53,413 nucleotides of DNA, from the IMG/VR virus record IMGVR_UViG_3300023116_000063, positions 1 to 53,413 of that record, one strand, 5' to 3'. The number at the start of each line of letters is the position of its first letter. Position 1 is the first letter of the stretch. The DNA is from a virus. Lineage: Duplodnaviria; Caudoviricetes. The notes under the pieces are model-generated. The model saw only the letters and a list, made by a program, of their open reading frames with translations. It was not told the DNA's origin and searched no databases. Of the stretch, positions 1-8,295 are shown piece by piece. The position numbers were made by a program, and so were the translations under genes.

Positions 1-360
1 CCCATTTTCAAAAGTTGCACCTTTAACTACCACATCATCAGAGATAGTGAAAGTTCTCTTGAAGGCACGATTTGAAATGCCCTTGTGCAGATAAGTTGTT
101 TCATCAACAACATCACCCTTTTCTTTAGACTTGATTGAAAGAGTATTCTCTTTTGTTTCAATCTCAATATCGTCTTTACCGAATCCAGCAACTGCAATCT
201 GAATTGCATAATTGGTGTCATCCATTTTTACGATATTGTAAGGGGGGTAGTTTGTTGTTGTAACAAGACTATCATCAAGTAGTCTGTCGAACATTCTATC
301 GAATCCGATAGAGTAAGTTTTAACCCTGTCAAAAGGGTCTGTAAGAGCTGTATTTACCAT
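1..360 (-). CDS. hsp20: Small heat-shock protein (Hsp20/IbpA-like), 3' end runs off the window
   Basis: Not in the ORF track. Manual translation from ATG at 360 gives MVNTALTDPFDRVKTYSIGFDRMFDRLL...NYPPYNIVK...IAVAGF...YLHKGISNRAFKRTF...GATFENG, which has the alpha-crystallin/IbpA motifs. AGGAG RBS upstream. Confidence 0.93.
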   Translation of the reverse strand, partial: MVNTALTDPFDRVKTYSIGFDRMFDRLLDDSLVTTTNYPPYNIVKMDDTNYAIQIAVAGFGKDDIEIETKENTLSIKSKEKGDVVDETTYLHKGISNRAFKRTFTISDDVVVKGATFENG

Positions 361-367
361 TTTGTTT

Positions 368-415
368 CTCCTTTAAAAAGCAAGTTACAGTGTGATACCC
401 ATTATGGCATATCAC
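368..415 (-). promoter_or_regulatory. ROSE-like RNA thermometer in the hsp20 5' UTR
   Basis: Minus strand reads CUUGCUUUUUAAAGGAG: a UUGCU motif pairs with the AGGAG SD, leaving a bulged G. It is preceded by the hairpin GUGAUAUGCC-AUAAU-GGGUAUCAC. Confidence 0.6.
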
Positions 416-418
416 GTT

Positions 419-426
419 TATTTATA
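419..426 (-). promoter_or_regulatory. T4-type late promoter TATAAATA upstream of hsp20
   Basis: Exact gp55 consensus. Confidence 0.7.
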
Positions 427-429
427 AAG

Positions 430-523
430 TGGTAGTTTTTTGGGCGGAAACTACCAAAACCGTGATTTGCGACACAGAGTAAGCATATTTGTGTCGAACA
501 GGGCGACTTACGAATCGCACCCT
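430..523 (-). ncRNA. Candidate structured RNA with three hairpins and possible loop-loop pairing
   Basis: Stems at 503-508/513-518, 470-476/490-496 and 430-438/448-456 in an interval with no credible ORF. Confidence 0.4.
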
Positions 524-541
524 ATATTATATATACATCCA

Positions 542-563
542 AGAGGGATTTTTCAATCCCTCT
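542..563. terminator. Stem-loop after the DUF932-type gene
   Basis: AGAGGGATT-TTTC-AATCCCTCT, a perfect 9-bp stem. No U-tract on the minus strand, so terminator function is uncertain. Confidence 0.45.
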
Positions 564-575
564 CTTCAATTTTTT

Positions 576-1535
576 TTATGCAGCATCAGCGTATTCAAGT
601 GCCTTATCAAGTGCATTTAGTTTTACCTTACGGTTACGTCCGTACCATGATGAAACCAATCGTCCATCATTAGAACGTCCTTGCAAGTGGTCTGTCATGT
701 TAGTAACAGAGTTGAATGCAGTCCACCAAGTTCCTTGTGCGAACTCAGCACCAGGCTGAACATCCAAGTTCTCAAATGCAAGTTTTGAGTTACGAGAAGT
801 GAAAGGAATTACGTTATCCACTTTCTCTTTCGCAGGCGCACCGAATACCTCATTGAAGTACTGGATTACATTATCAGAAGTGTATTTCTTAGAACCAAGA
901 AATGCAGCCATTGACTTATACTGTTCCATCTTCTCACGAGCGATACCCATCTGTTCTTTGACTTCAGAAGCATCAAACTCTTTACGGTGATTTACAGTCA
1001 ACATCTTATCTGCATTCTGTGATAGAGACAGTGTAAGAGTGTTGTTACATACTACACGAATTGGTGTCATACGAATGTTAATCGCCTTACCAAACTGGTG
1101 TGGGTTAGTAAACAAGAAGTAGTTGTCAGTAACGTCACCGTTGAACAACTCAAATGATTCTTTGGTTTTTGCAAGTGCCCAAACCATTTGTCCATCTTTC
1201 AGTGAACCAGCAGTGTGCATTTCCATGTCACCAGCCATCACATACTCGTGGAAGAATTCAAATGCTTCTGAGTTCTGTACTGGATTCCAACCAGTACCAA
1301 CAACATCAAGTACAGTGTTGTCAGAGGTACGAACAAGTGCCTCTTTGTTTTTGATAGGAACACCAGATGCAGTGACAATTGGTTGTTTCTCAACAGTCCA
1401 GTTAAGTCCAGCGACTTCTTGGAATTGAGCAGGAGTCAAATCCTGTTCTACTTTAGTTCCAAGTCCATGCCAAGGAAGTTCACCAACATAGGCCATCTGG
1501 GCCTGTCCATTTACGATTTCAAGTTCGTGTGCCAT
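576..1535 (-). CDS. DUF932 / TIGR03299-like phage/plasmid protein
   Basis: MAHELE...MAYVGELPWHGLG, 'PVQN.EAF.FF', 'TPIRVVCNNTL' and 'GT.W.AFN.VT...DH' motifs. Confidence 0.8.
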   Translation of the reverse strand: MAHELEIVNGQAQMAYVGELPWHGLGTKVEQDLTPAQFQEVAGLNWTVEKQPIVTASGVPIKNKEALVRTSDNTVLDVVGTGWNPVQNSEAFEFFHEYVMAGDMEMHTAGSLKDGQMVWALAKTKESFELFNGDVTDNYFLFTNPHQFGKAINIRMTPIRVVCNNTLTLSLSQNADKMLTVNHRKEFDASEVKEQMGIAREKMEQYKSMAAFLGSKKYTSDNVIQYFNEVFGAPAKEKVDNVIPFTSRNSKLAFENLDVQPGAEFAQGTWWTAFNSVTNMTDHLQGRSNDGRLVSSWYGRNRKVKLNALDKALEYADAA

Positions 1536-1574
1536 AATAAAAGTTCTCCGTTTGTTTTCTCACTTTATATACAC

Positions 1575-1603
1575 AGTATAGACTGTTTTAAGAACAAAGT
1601 CAA
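1575..1603 (-). promoter_or_regulatory. sigma70-type early promoter for the DUF932 gene
   Basis: TTGACT-17 nt-TATACT with an A-rich upstream segment. Confidence 0.75.
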
Positions 1604-2130
1604 GATGTTTTTACAACTTTTTTCAACATTTTTTGTTGTTTTTTTCTGGCCATATCCATCTTCAACTTTGATGCATACATAGTAAAGTTCTTACCATCCA
1701 TATGGTCATACTCATGTTGGAAGATACGAGCAGTCAGTCCAGCAAACTTGCCCTTCTTTTGTTCACCATTAATGTCCATATATTCAAACTCAATCATCTT
1801 TGGCCTTTTGAGATTCAAGAATAAATGTGGATAAGTTAAACACCCCTCAACAAAGAATTCAGTTTCTTCAGATTCCCAAATGATTTTAGGATTGAAGTAA
1901 ATCTCAACATTTCCATCTTTCAAGTCTGTGTACATAACGAATGCACGAATAGATAGCCCACATTGATTCGCAGACAATCCAATACCACGCATAGCAGACA
2001 TAGTACCTTTTAGATTATCATATAATTCTTGTGGTGTCAAGTCATATTTTGTTTTAATATCATCAAATGTTATATCAGGCAGTTTCACATTTAGTGATGG
2101 ACTTTCTGCCTCAATTAGTTTATATATCAT
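1600..2130 (-). CDS. def: Peptide deformylase
   Basis: Motifs GIGLSANQ, EGCL and QHEYDH. Start taken as MIYKLI (2130), overlapping the upstream stop. Confidence 0.93.
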   Translation of the reverse strand: MIYKLIEAESPSLNVKLPDITFDDIKTKYDLTPQELYDNLKGTMSAMRGIGLSANQCGLSIRAFVMYTDLKDGNVEIYFNPKIIWESEETEFFVEGCLTYPHLFLNLKRPKMIEFEYMDINGEQKKGKFAGLTARIFQHEYDHMDGKNFTMYASKLKMDMARKKQQKMLKKVVKTS

Positions 2131-2648
2131 GTTCTGCCCCAAAATTCGATAGGTTTCACCATATCTGTGTTGTCGAATAGATACCAACAGCAATTGTCTT
2201 TACCAACGCTACTGCTACCCTCAATCCACTTTACTCTTCCTATACTAACAACTTTTTTTAGTTTTGTCAAGAAGGGAATTGATTGTTTTGTATGCATCCA
2301 ATCTGAATCAAAAAGAAACCATGTAGGAGCAATATTAGAAAAATGTTCTATCATTGGATGGAGTATCTTACGATTCCAAGGTGGATTTGTAATAATGTAT
2401 TGTGCCTTTGCATTTACATCAAAACAATCCATTTCCATTATTTCGTCAGACTGTGGTTCAATATCAGATGCATGAATGCACATTCCATTATGCAACCCCA
2501 AGTGGTCAATCAATCTACCGTCACCAGCACATGGCTCAACAAAGGTAAATGGTTTTTGTGGTAGATGTGCAATAAGAGGCGCAACTGCCGAATATGGTGT
2601 TGGATAGAAATCTCTTTCTATTCTTTCAAAATCACTTCTTTTTCCCAT
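2127..2648 (-). CDS. DNA amino-methyltransferase (N6A/N4C type)
   Basis: DFYPTP, SAM-binding EPCAGDG and catalytic ITNPPW. Confidence 0.8.
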   Translation of the reverse strand: MGKRSDFERIERDFYPTPYSAVAPLIAHLPQKPFTFVEPCAGDGRLIDHLGLHNGMCIHASDIEPQSDEIMEMDCFDVNAKAQYIITNPPWNRKILHPMIEHFSNIAPTWFLFDSDWMHTKQSIPFLTKLKKVVSIGRVKWIEGSSSVGKDNCCWYLFDNTDMVKPIEFWGRT

Positions 2649-2940
2649 TATCTTCCTCATAAAGAATTAGTGCGATTAAAGCATAGTTTGCCATGTCAAC
2701 CAAAGTATCCTTGATACTCTCATCTTTTACTTGCAATCTTTCTTTCCTTGCAAATCCCATGATACGACTAAACTTGTCGCTGATACGAACTGCAACACCT
2801 TTCCATGCTGGAATACCAGCAATCTCACAGTGTCTAAAGTTTGCAAACACATCTTCCGTACTTGCATAGTCGTGACGTTTTGCGTCATGTGTTATTTTCA
2901 TTTCTTCTAGTAATTCATAAAATCGTTCACTTTGTTTCAT
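2632..2940 (-). CDS. DUF1599 / nucleotide-modification-associated domain-like protein
   Basis: K..DY...FANF, R..DK..R and ES..DTL.D.ANYA.I pattern. Start MKQSER at 2940. Confidence 0.6.
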   Translation of the reverse strand: MKQSERFYELLEEMKITHDAKRHDYASTEDVFANFRHCEIAGIPAWKGVAVRISDKFSRIMGFARKERLQVKDESIKDTLVDMANYALIALILYEEDNGKKK

Positions 2941-2941
2941 A

Positions 2942-4648
2942 TTATGCCACCTTTGAGAAGTTCTTCTCTTTTTTGAATTGGATAACGCTTCTGAATTTAT
3001 CAAACAACATATCCTGTTTATGGGAAATAACGAATACATTCTGATCACTGAACGTATTCAAGATTTTGAGGAAATCATCTGTACCAGTACCATCCAAAGA
3101 TGAATCAAAGATTTCATCAAGAATGAGTAGATTAGTATTGGTTGAGTTCTTCATCTTTGCGACAGCTCTCCATGTAAAGAGTAGTGCCAAGTCGATACGC
3201 ATCTTCTCACCTTCAGAGAATGATGCATAAGAAAACTCATCACGAAAACGTGACTTGATAGTTTCTTGAAAGTTTTCGTCAATATTAAAGTTGACAAAGA
3301 AATCCATAGAACTGAGATATGTATTTACCAACTTGTTCATAATTGGCAAATATTGTTTTACAATCTTAGTTTTAATACCACTGTCTTGTAAAAGATTTCG
3401 TGCTACATCAATATAGAATCTATCCTCGTTTAACTTAGACTTTTGTTCATTGATGTATTTAATTTTACCTTTGAGTTCATCAAGTTTAGATTTATCATCT
3501 TCTGATATAGAACCAGCTTCATAAGCCTCAATGTCTTTCTGCAACTTGACATTAAACTTTTCTAGTTCAATAATAGAGGAACGAATCTTTGCAATCTCAA
3601 CATCATGCTGACGAATGGTTTCAAGGTTGATTAAGATTGTGTTGAGTCTGTCTTGTTCGGCACGTTCAAGGGTTTTGCAACTGTCGATTGCTGTGTCGAG
3701 TTCTCCGATTTTTGTAGTGCGAAGTTCTGTCTGCGTCTGCTTTGTTGCAGTCGTAATTGATTGTTCGCAAGTCGGACATTCATCGTTGTTCTGGAAGAAT
3801 TGGATTTGACGGTCATGTTCTGCCTTTCTGTTTTGAAGTGCGGCTTCAGTTTGACTTAGTTTTTTAAGTTTCTGTTCAGTCTTTATTTTTATCTCTGCAT
3901 CAAAAGATAAATCACTTTTATCTTTCTCAAATGATTTAATTTCTTCTTTTCTAGAATTGATAGTAGAGTTATTATCAGAAATCTTTTGTTTGTTTTCTGT
4001 AATGATAACAGATTTATTATCAACTACATTTTTAATAAACTTTTCCTGTAAAGTAATTTTTTCACTAGTCAAATCATACTGATATTCAACATTACGAATC
4101 TCTTCATTCAATTCTTTGTTCTTGTTCTTGAGCAAGAAGTTCATCAAAGAAAATACTTTGATATCTAGAATATCTTCAACAACCTCACGGCGTGCCTTTG
4201 TAGACAACTGCATGAATGGAACAAAGGTAGAAGAACCTAGAATAACAACCTGTGTAAAAGAACGATAGTTTAATCCCAAAATCTGTTGTTCTAGATGTTT
4301 CTGATAATCACGAGCATTCGCATCTTGATTAATCATGTTATCATTAACGTATACTTCAAACTTATTAGGTTTGATGCCACGAATAACCTTTACATTTTTA
4401 CCACCAACAATAAACTCAACTTCAACAATAGAAGCACTACCATTAACTGAATTAACAAGTTGTGATTTTGAGATGTTACGAAATGGTTTATTAAATAGGC
4501 CAAAACAAAGTGCATCAAGAATGGTTGACTTTCCTGCTCCGTTTTCGCCAATGATCAAAGTAGTTGGACTTCTATCCAACTGTATTTCTGTAAAATTATT
4601 GCCAGTAGAAAGAAAGTTCTTCCAGCGTACATATTTAAAAGTAATCAC
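2942..4648 (-). CDS. gp46: Recombination endonuclease ATPase subunit (Rad50/SbcC-like)
   Basis: Walker A GENGAGKS, CPTC hook, signature FSEGEK, Walker B LILDE. Confidence 0.97.
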   Translation of the reverse strand: MITFKYVRWKNFLSTGNNFTEIQLDRSPTTLIIGENGAGKSTILDALCFGLFNKPFRNISKSQLVNSVNGSASIVEVEFIVGGKNVKVIRGIKPNKFEVYVNDNMINQDANARDYQKHLEQQILGLNYRSFTQVVILGSSTFVPFMQLSTKARREVVEDILDIKVFSLMNFLLKNKNKELNEEIRNVEYQYDLTSEKITLQEKFIKNVVDNKSVIITENKQKISDNNSTINSRKEEIKSFEKDKSDLSFDAEIKIKTEQKLKKLSQTEAALQNRKAEHDRQIQFFQNNDECPTCEQSITTATKQTQTELRTTKIGELDTAIDSCKTLERAEQDRLNTILINLETIRQHDVEIAKIRSSIIELEKFNVKLQKDIEAYEAGSISEDDKSKLDELKGKIKYINEQKSKLNEDRFYIDVARNLLQDSGIKTKIVKQYLPIMNKLVNTYLSSMDFFVNFNIDENFQETIKSRFRDEFSYASFSEGEKMRIDLALLFTWRAVAKMKNSTNTNLLILDEIFDSSLDGTGTDDFLKILNTFSDQNVFVISHKQDMLFDKFRSVIQFKKEKNFSKVA

Positions 4649-5721
4649 AGTTCTAGGTCACTCGCTTCTACATACAACGACTTCATCATATTAGTCAATC
4701 GTTTTTTATCTAAGTCAACATCAAGTTCATCAATGTAACGCTCAATCAAAGTCATGTTATCTTCTGCATTCTCAATGATTGCATCATCAACATTCTCTGC
4801 ATCAAGTTCACTAAAGTCCTCAACAATCTTTACCTCATGGGCACCAGATTCATTCAAAACTCTGTCAATAAACCTATCGAACTGATAAAAGTCCTTTTTA
4901 TTAACAACGATTATTTTAACAAACTTTTCCTTCAATGTCAATACATTAAAATCAGAATAATTTGTTGTTGAATCATCATAGTAGATTTTTTCAAAGATTG
5001 TGTATGGATTAATAATACGATCTAGTTCTCTCGTATTTGTGTCAAAGATATGGAAACCCTTTGGGCAACCATCATCACTCCAAGTCATTTGATAGGTGTT
5101 ACCAAGATAATAAACATGGCCATCGTCAGACTTCTTGTGAAAGTGTCCAGAGAATACAGTATCAAACTTTCTTAGAAAATCTTTATCATATCCACTTTCT
5201 GAAAAATGTCCAGCGTGCATCTCAAAACCATTGATTTCAAAATGCCCCATACAAATCTGTGCAGAAGTCATTTCAATACTTCTCATAGACTGTTCATAGT
5301 TTTCAGTACAAATCCATGGCATAAAGTGAATACCAGTACCATCAAACTCTTCAGTAAGAGGTGCATCATAACAATGAATGTTAGGATATTTCTCCTCGCC
5401 TGGGCCACCTAACAGTTCGTATAATGAGTTTATTTCATTGGTGTTTTTATAGTAGGTGTCGTGATTCCCTGCCATAATATGGACAGTGATACCTCTATCA
5501 ACAAAAGGTTTGATAAACCTTTCACGCAAGTCTTTTGCAATCTTATATGAAACAAACTTACGTCTGTCCATAAGGTCGCCCAAATGAATAACCGTTTTAA
5601 TGTTGTGTTCATCTAAGTAAGGAAAGAAAATCTCTTCCCAAAACTTATAGAAGTATTCATTAAATGCTAAACTATCATTACGGGCGCCAAAGTGAGTATC
5701 AGTTATCAGCGCTATTTTCAT
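4645..5721 (-). CDS. gp47: Recombination endonuclease nuclease subunit (Mre11/SbcD-like)
   Basis: DTHFG, GDLMD, GNHD and GHFH phosphoesterase motifs; adjacent to gp46. Confidence 0.97.
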   Translation of the reverse strand: MKIALITDTHFGARNDSLAFNEYFYKFWEEIFFPYLDEHNIKTVIHLGDLMDRRKFVSYKIAKDLRERFIKPFVDRGITVHIMAGNHDTYYKNTNEINSLYELLGGPGEEKYPNIHCYDAPLTEEFDGTGIHFMPWICTENYEQSMRSIEMTSAQICMGHFEINGFEMHAGHFSESGYDKDFLRKFDTVFSGHFHKKSDDGHVYYLGNTYQMTWSDDGCPKGFHIFDTNTRELDRIINPYTIFEKIYYDDSTTNYSDFNVLTLKEKFVKIIVVNKKDFYQFDRFIDRVLNESGAHEVKIVEDFSELDAENVDDAIIENAEDNMTLIERYIDELDVDLDKKRLTNMMKSLYVEASDLEL

Positions 5722-6265
5722 TTATCTCTTCACCATCGTCATCATAAAATTTTTCAAGGCCTTTTGGTTCACTCTTCTTTTTTTTCTTAGGTTTATATAC
5801 ATCTTCAGCTGGTAGAAAATTCTTCTGTAGATAATCAACAAACTGTCCTTGTTCCATATCTTCTCCAACTGCAAGAACATCAACACTCATGTTCTCAATT
5901 ATTTTGTGTCTGATATGTTGTTGTTTCTTTTCTTTTTGTATCCTACGAATAAAGGCGTAGTAAATAATTTGTGTGAAATACGCAAAAGGATTGTTTGATT
6001 TATCTGGATTGAAGTTGCTACAATACTGTAGACAGTTTTCAATACCATCAGAAATCATTTCTTCTCTATAGGTGTAATTGATAAAATTTGGTCGGTAAGA
6101 AAGGTGGTTTGCAATTTTCAAGAAGCATTCGCCGATATAATTAGTCACTGGTGGTTGTGGTTCACCTAGTTCCTCAGCCTCTTTGCAACGCTCTTTCCAT
6201 TCTTTCATTGCTTCTAGGAACTGTGCATTATTGACATAATGCGCTCCTTTTGGTTTTTTAGCCAT
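5699..6265 (-). CDS. gp55: Late-transcription sigma factor
   Basis: HYVNN..F, IGECFLKIA..LS.RPNF..Y, NPFAYFTQIIYYAF.RRI.KEK. Confidence 0.96.
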   Translation of the reverse strand: MAKKPKGAHYVNNAQFLEAMKEWKERCKEAEELGEPQPPVTNYIGECFLKIANHLSYRPNFINYTYREEMISDGIENCLQYCSNFNPDKSNNPFAYFTQIIYYAFIRRIQKEKKQQHIRHKIIENMSVDVLAVGEDMEQGQFVDYLQKNFLPAEDVYKPKKKKKSEPKGLEKFYDDDGEEINENSADN

Positions 6266-6310
6266 AATAACTCCACATATATTGTCGCTTAAAGTGCGAT
6301 TAATAGATAC

Positions 6311-6339
6311 ATCATACTATATCTTGATTCAGATGTCAA
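6311..6339 (-). promoter_or_regulatory. sigma70-type promoter for gp55-47-46
   Basis: TTGACA-17 nt-TATGAT. Confidence 0.75.
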
Positions 6340-6363
6340 GAGAAAAATAATTATAAAAATCTA

Positions 6364-6392
6364 TTGACTTTCTCTTGACAAGAGGGTATATT
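6364..6392 (+). promoter_or_regulatory. Divergent sigma70-like promoter with no sense ORF
   Basis: TTGACT-17 nt-TATATT, facing antisense to 6422-6823 and uvsW. Confidence 0.45.
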
Positions 6393-6421
6393 TACTATGC
6401 TGGGTTTGAGAATGAATAGAT

Positions 6422-6823
6422 CTAATGTATAAGCTTAGAGTCTGGACTACCAAACTCCTCATCCCATTGTTCCTCAACAATATCATCTAATTCTCTATTG
6501 GTGGGAGCTCCAGTTAATACATCTTCATCCTCCAATCTAGATTTACTAACACAATACTCATAAAACTTTGATAACCCATAAGAGGCCTCAGTAAGTACGA
6601 TGATTTGAGACTTGGGGATATCATATGTGTTGGTTTTAGCAAAGTGAATCCACCTTTGTAAAGACAAGGCTTCTTCTATACCATTTCTTGTTGCTTTTGG
6701 ATATGAATTTAATTTCATAGGAGAGGTTACACTAAGATAGGGTGAATCTAAAGACTGAACAACATCACAAATAATCTCTTCACCACTAGACAGCTTTAGT
6801 ATTTTTATATTATTTTCTGTCAT
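6422..6823 (-). CDS. Conserved hypothetical protein (possible Sm-like fold) between uvsW and gp55
   Basis: 'KILKLSSGEEIIC' N-terminus and a position typical of marine T4-like phages. Confidence 0.7.
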   Translation of the reverse strand: MTENNIKILKLSSGEEIICDVVQSLDSPYLSVTSPMKLNSYPKATRNGIEEALSLQRWIHFAKTNTYDIPKSQIIVLTEASYGLSKFYEYCVSKSRLEDEDVLTGAPTNRELDDIVEEQWDEEFGSPDSKLIH

Positions 6824-8295
6824 TTTAGTTTTATCCTTTTAATTTCATAATCAAATTGCTCTTCATTATAGATATTTATTCGTTCCATGAAATGGTTAAT
6901 TGTAAAGTTTCTTTTTGATTTATAGGTGAGGTCATCAGCAATATCAAAGAGGATAGCGGAATCCTTAGTTTCACTCCTACGCAATCCACGGCCAATTGAT
7001 TGCAAGGTACGAACTCTGGACTTACTTGGACTTGAGAACACGATGTTGTGAAGATTCCTAATGTTAATACCAGTAGAAAACGTGCCATAAGATGCAACGA
7101 TAATGGCATCCCTCTCTTTTTCTGTAATTGCACGAATATCCTCTCTGGTTTGGGTGTCAGTACCACCAAACACATAAAACACTTTTCTATCTGTGTTAGA
7201 CTTAATCATATCATAGATAACACTTCCATGTTTCTCTACAAATTGAAATAACACCAGTGTATTGCCTTTTAGTGCCAATGTCAAGTCTTTTATAAATTCA
7301 TTTCTTTTTGGGTGTGTAACAATAAAATCAATTTCATCTTGATAGTTCATATCCTTTACGAGTTTACACTCATGTTCTGGATATGTTAAGACTAGCGCCC
7401 TAATCTTAAATTCAGCTAGTGTCTTTTCATCTATCAGTTCTTTTGTTGTAATAACTTTATTAAGTGTTCCAAATAATCCTTCTAGTACTAGGCGATGCGT
7501 TTGCATACCATCCAGTGTACCAGTTAGTCCAAACCTATATTTACACAAATGAAGTTTTGTAAGAATTGAAGTAAGAGATTTTGCCTTAAATAAATGTGCT
7601 TCATCACCAATCACACAACCGAATTGTTCAAAGTAACTCTTAGGAAACTTGTAGATAGATTGCCATGTCGATATAACAACTGGTTTCGTTACTTGTTTAT
7701 CATGTCCACTGTAAATCTTCTGCATATAAGCTTCTTGCCATCCATAGTCGATAAAATCAGAATACATCTGTTCAACCAGAGATGTTGTCGGAACAAGAAT
7801 AAGGATTTTGTCTTGTTGGGTTTCTTGTAATAGTAATTGATAATACCTTACCAGAATATAGATTATAAGTGACTTACCAGAAGCGGTAGGACTAAGAAGA
7901 AGGGCCCTATGATTTCGGATAGCATAATCCACGGCATCAATTTGATAATCACGAGGTTTGATATTTCTTCCACTGGATCGAAGTCTAAGTTGTCTAATGT
8001 ATCCATCAAGAGTTGGTCTGTCGATTGTTTTTTCATTTTTTAGTTCCTCACTTATTGTAAATTCTTCTTCATAATCTGTCAAATATTTTTGTAAATATGG
8101 CAGTAATCCAAGATAAAGTTCTCCTGTTGATGGAGAAAATAGTCTAATCTTTCCATCCCAAATACGATTTCGATACGCAGGCATAAAACGAGCGCCAGGA
8201 ACTTCAAACGTAAAGAAGTCAGAAATCGCCCTTGCAGTTGAGGGTTCAGTTTCTACTTGTAGGTATACTTCATTCTTTTTGGTGATTATGGTCAT
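6820..8295 (-). CDS. uvsW: UvsW DNA helicase
   Basis: PTASGKS, DEAH, GLTGT and QSIGRGLR SF2 motifs; WDGKIRLF. Confidence 0.96.
   Translation of the reverse strand: MTIITKKNEVYLQVETEPSTARAISDFFTFEVPGARFMPAYRNRIWDGKIRLFSPSTGELYLGLLPYLQKYLTDYEEEFTISEELKNEKTIDRPTLDGYIRQLRLRSSGRNIKPRDYQIDAVDYAIRNHRALLLSPTASGKSLIIYILVRYYQLLLQETQQDKILILVPTTSLVEQMYSDFIDYGWQEAYMQKIYSGHDKQVTKPVVISTWQSIYKFPKSYFEQFGCVIGDEAHLFKAKSLTSILTKLHLCKYRFGLTGTLDGMQTHRLVLEGLFGTLNKVITTKELIDEKTLAEFKIRALVLTYPEHECKLVKDMNYQDEIDFIVTHPKRNEFIKDLTLALKGNTLVLFQFVEKHGSVIYDMIKSNTDRKVFYVFGGTDTQTREDIRAITEKERDAIIVASYGTFSTGINIRNLHNIVFSSPSKSRVRTLQSIGRGLRRSETKDSAILFDIADDLTYKSKRNFTINHFMERINIYNEEQFDYEIKRIKLK

Noticed and set aside
27-221. 64-aa ORF from the track
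   Set aside because: Out-of-frame shadow of the real hsp20 reading frame (1-360).
440-673. 77-aa plus-strand ORF
   Set aside because: Non-ATG start, no RBS, overlaps the DUF932 gene antisense and the hairpin cluster.
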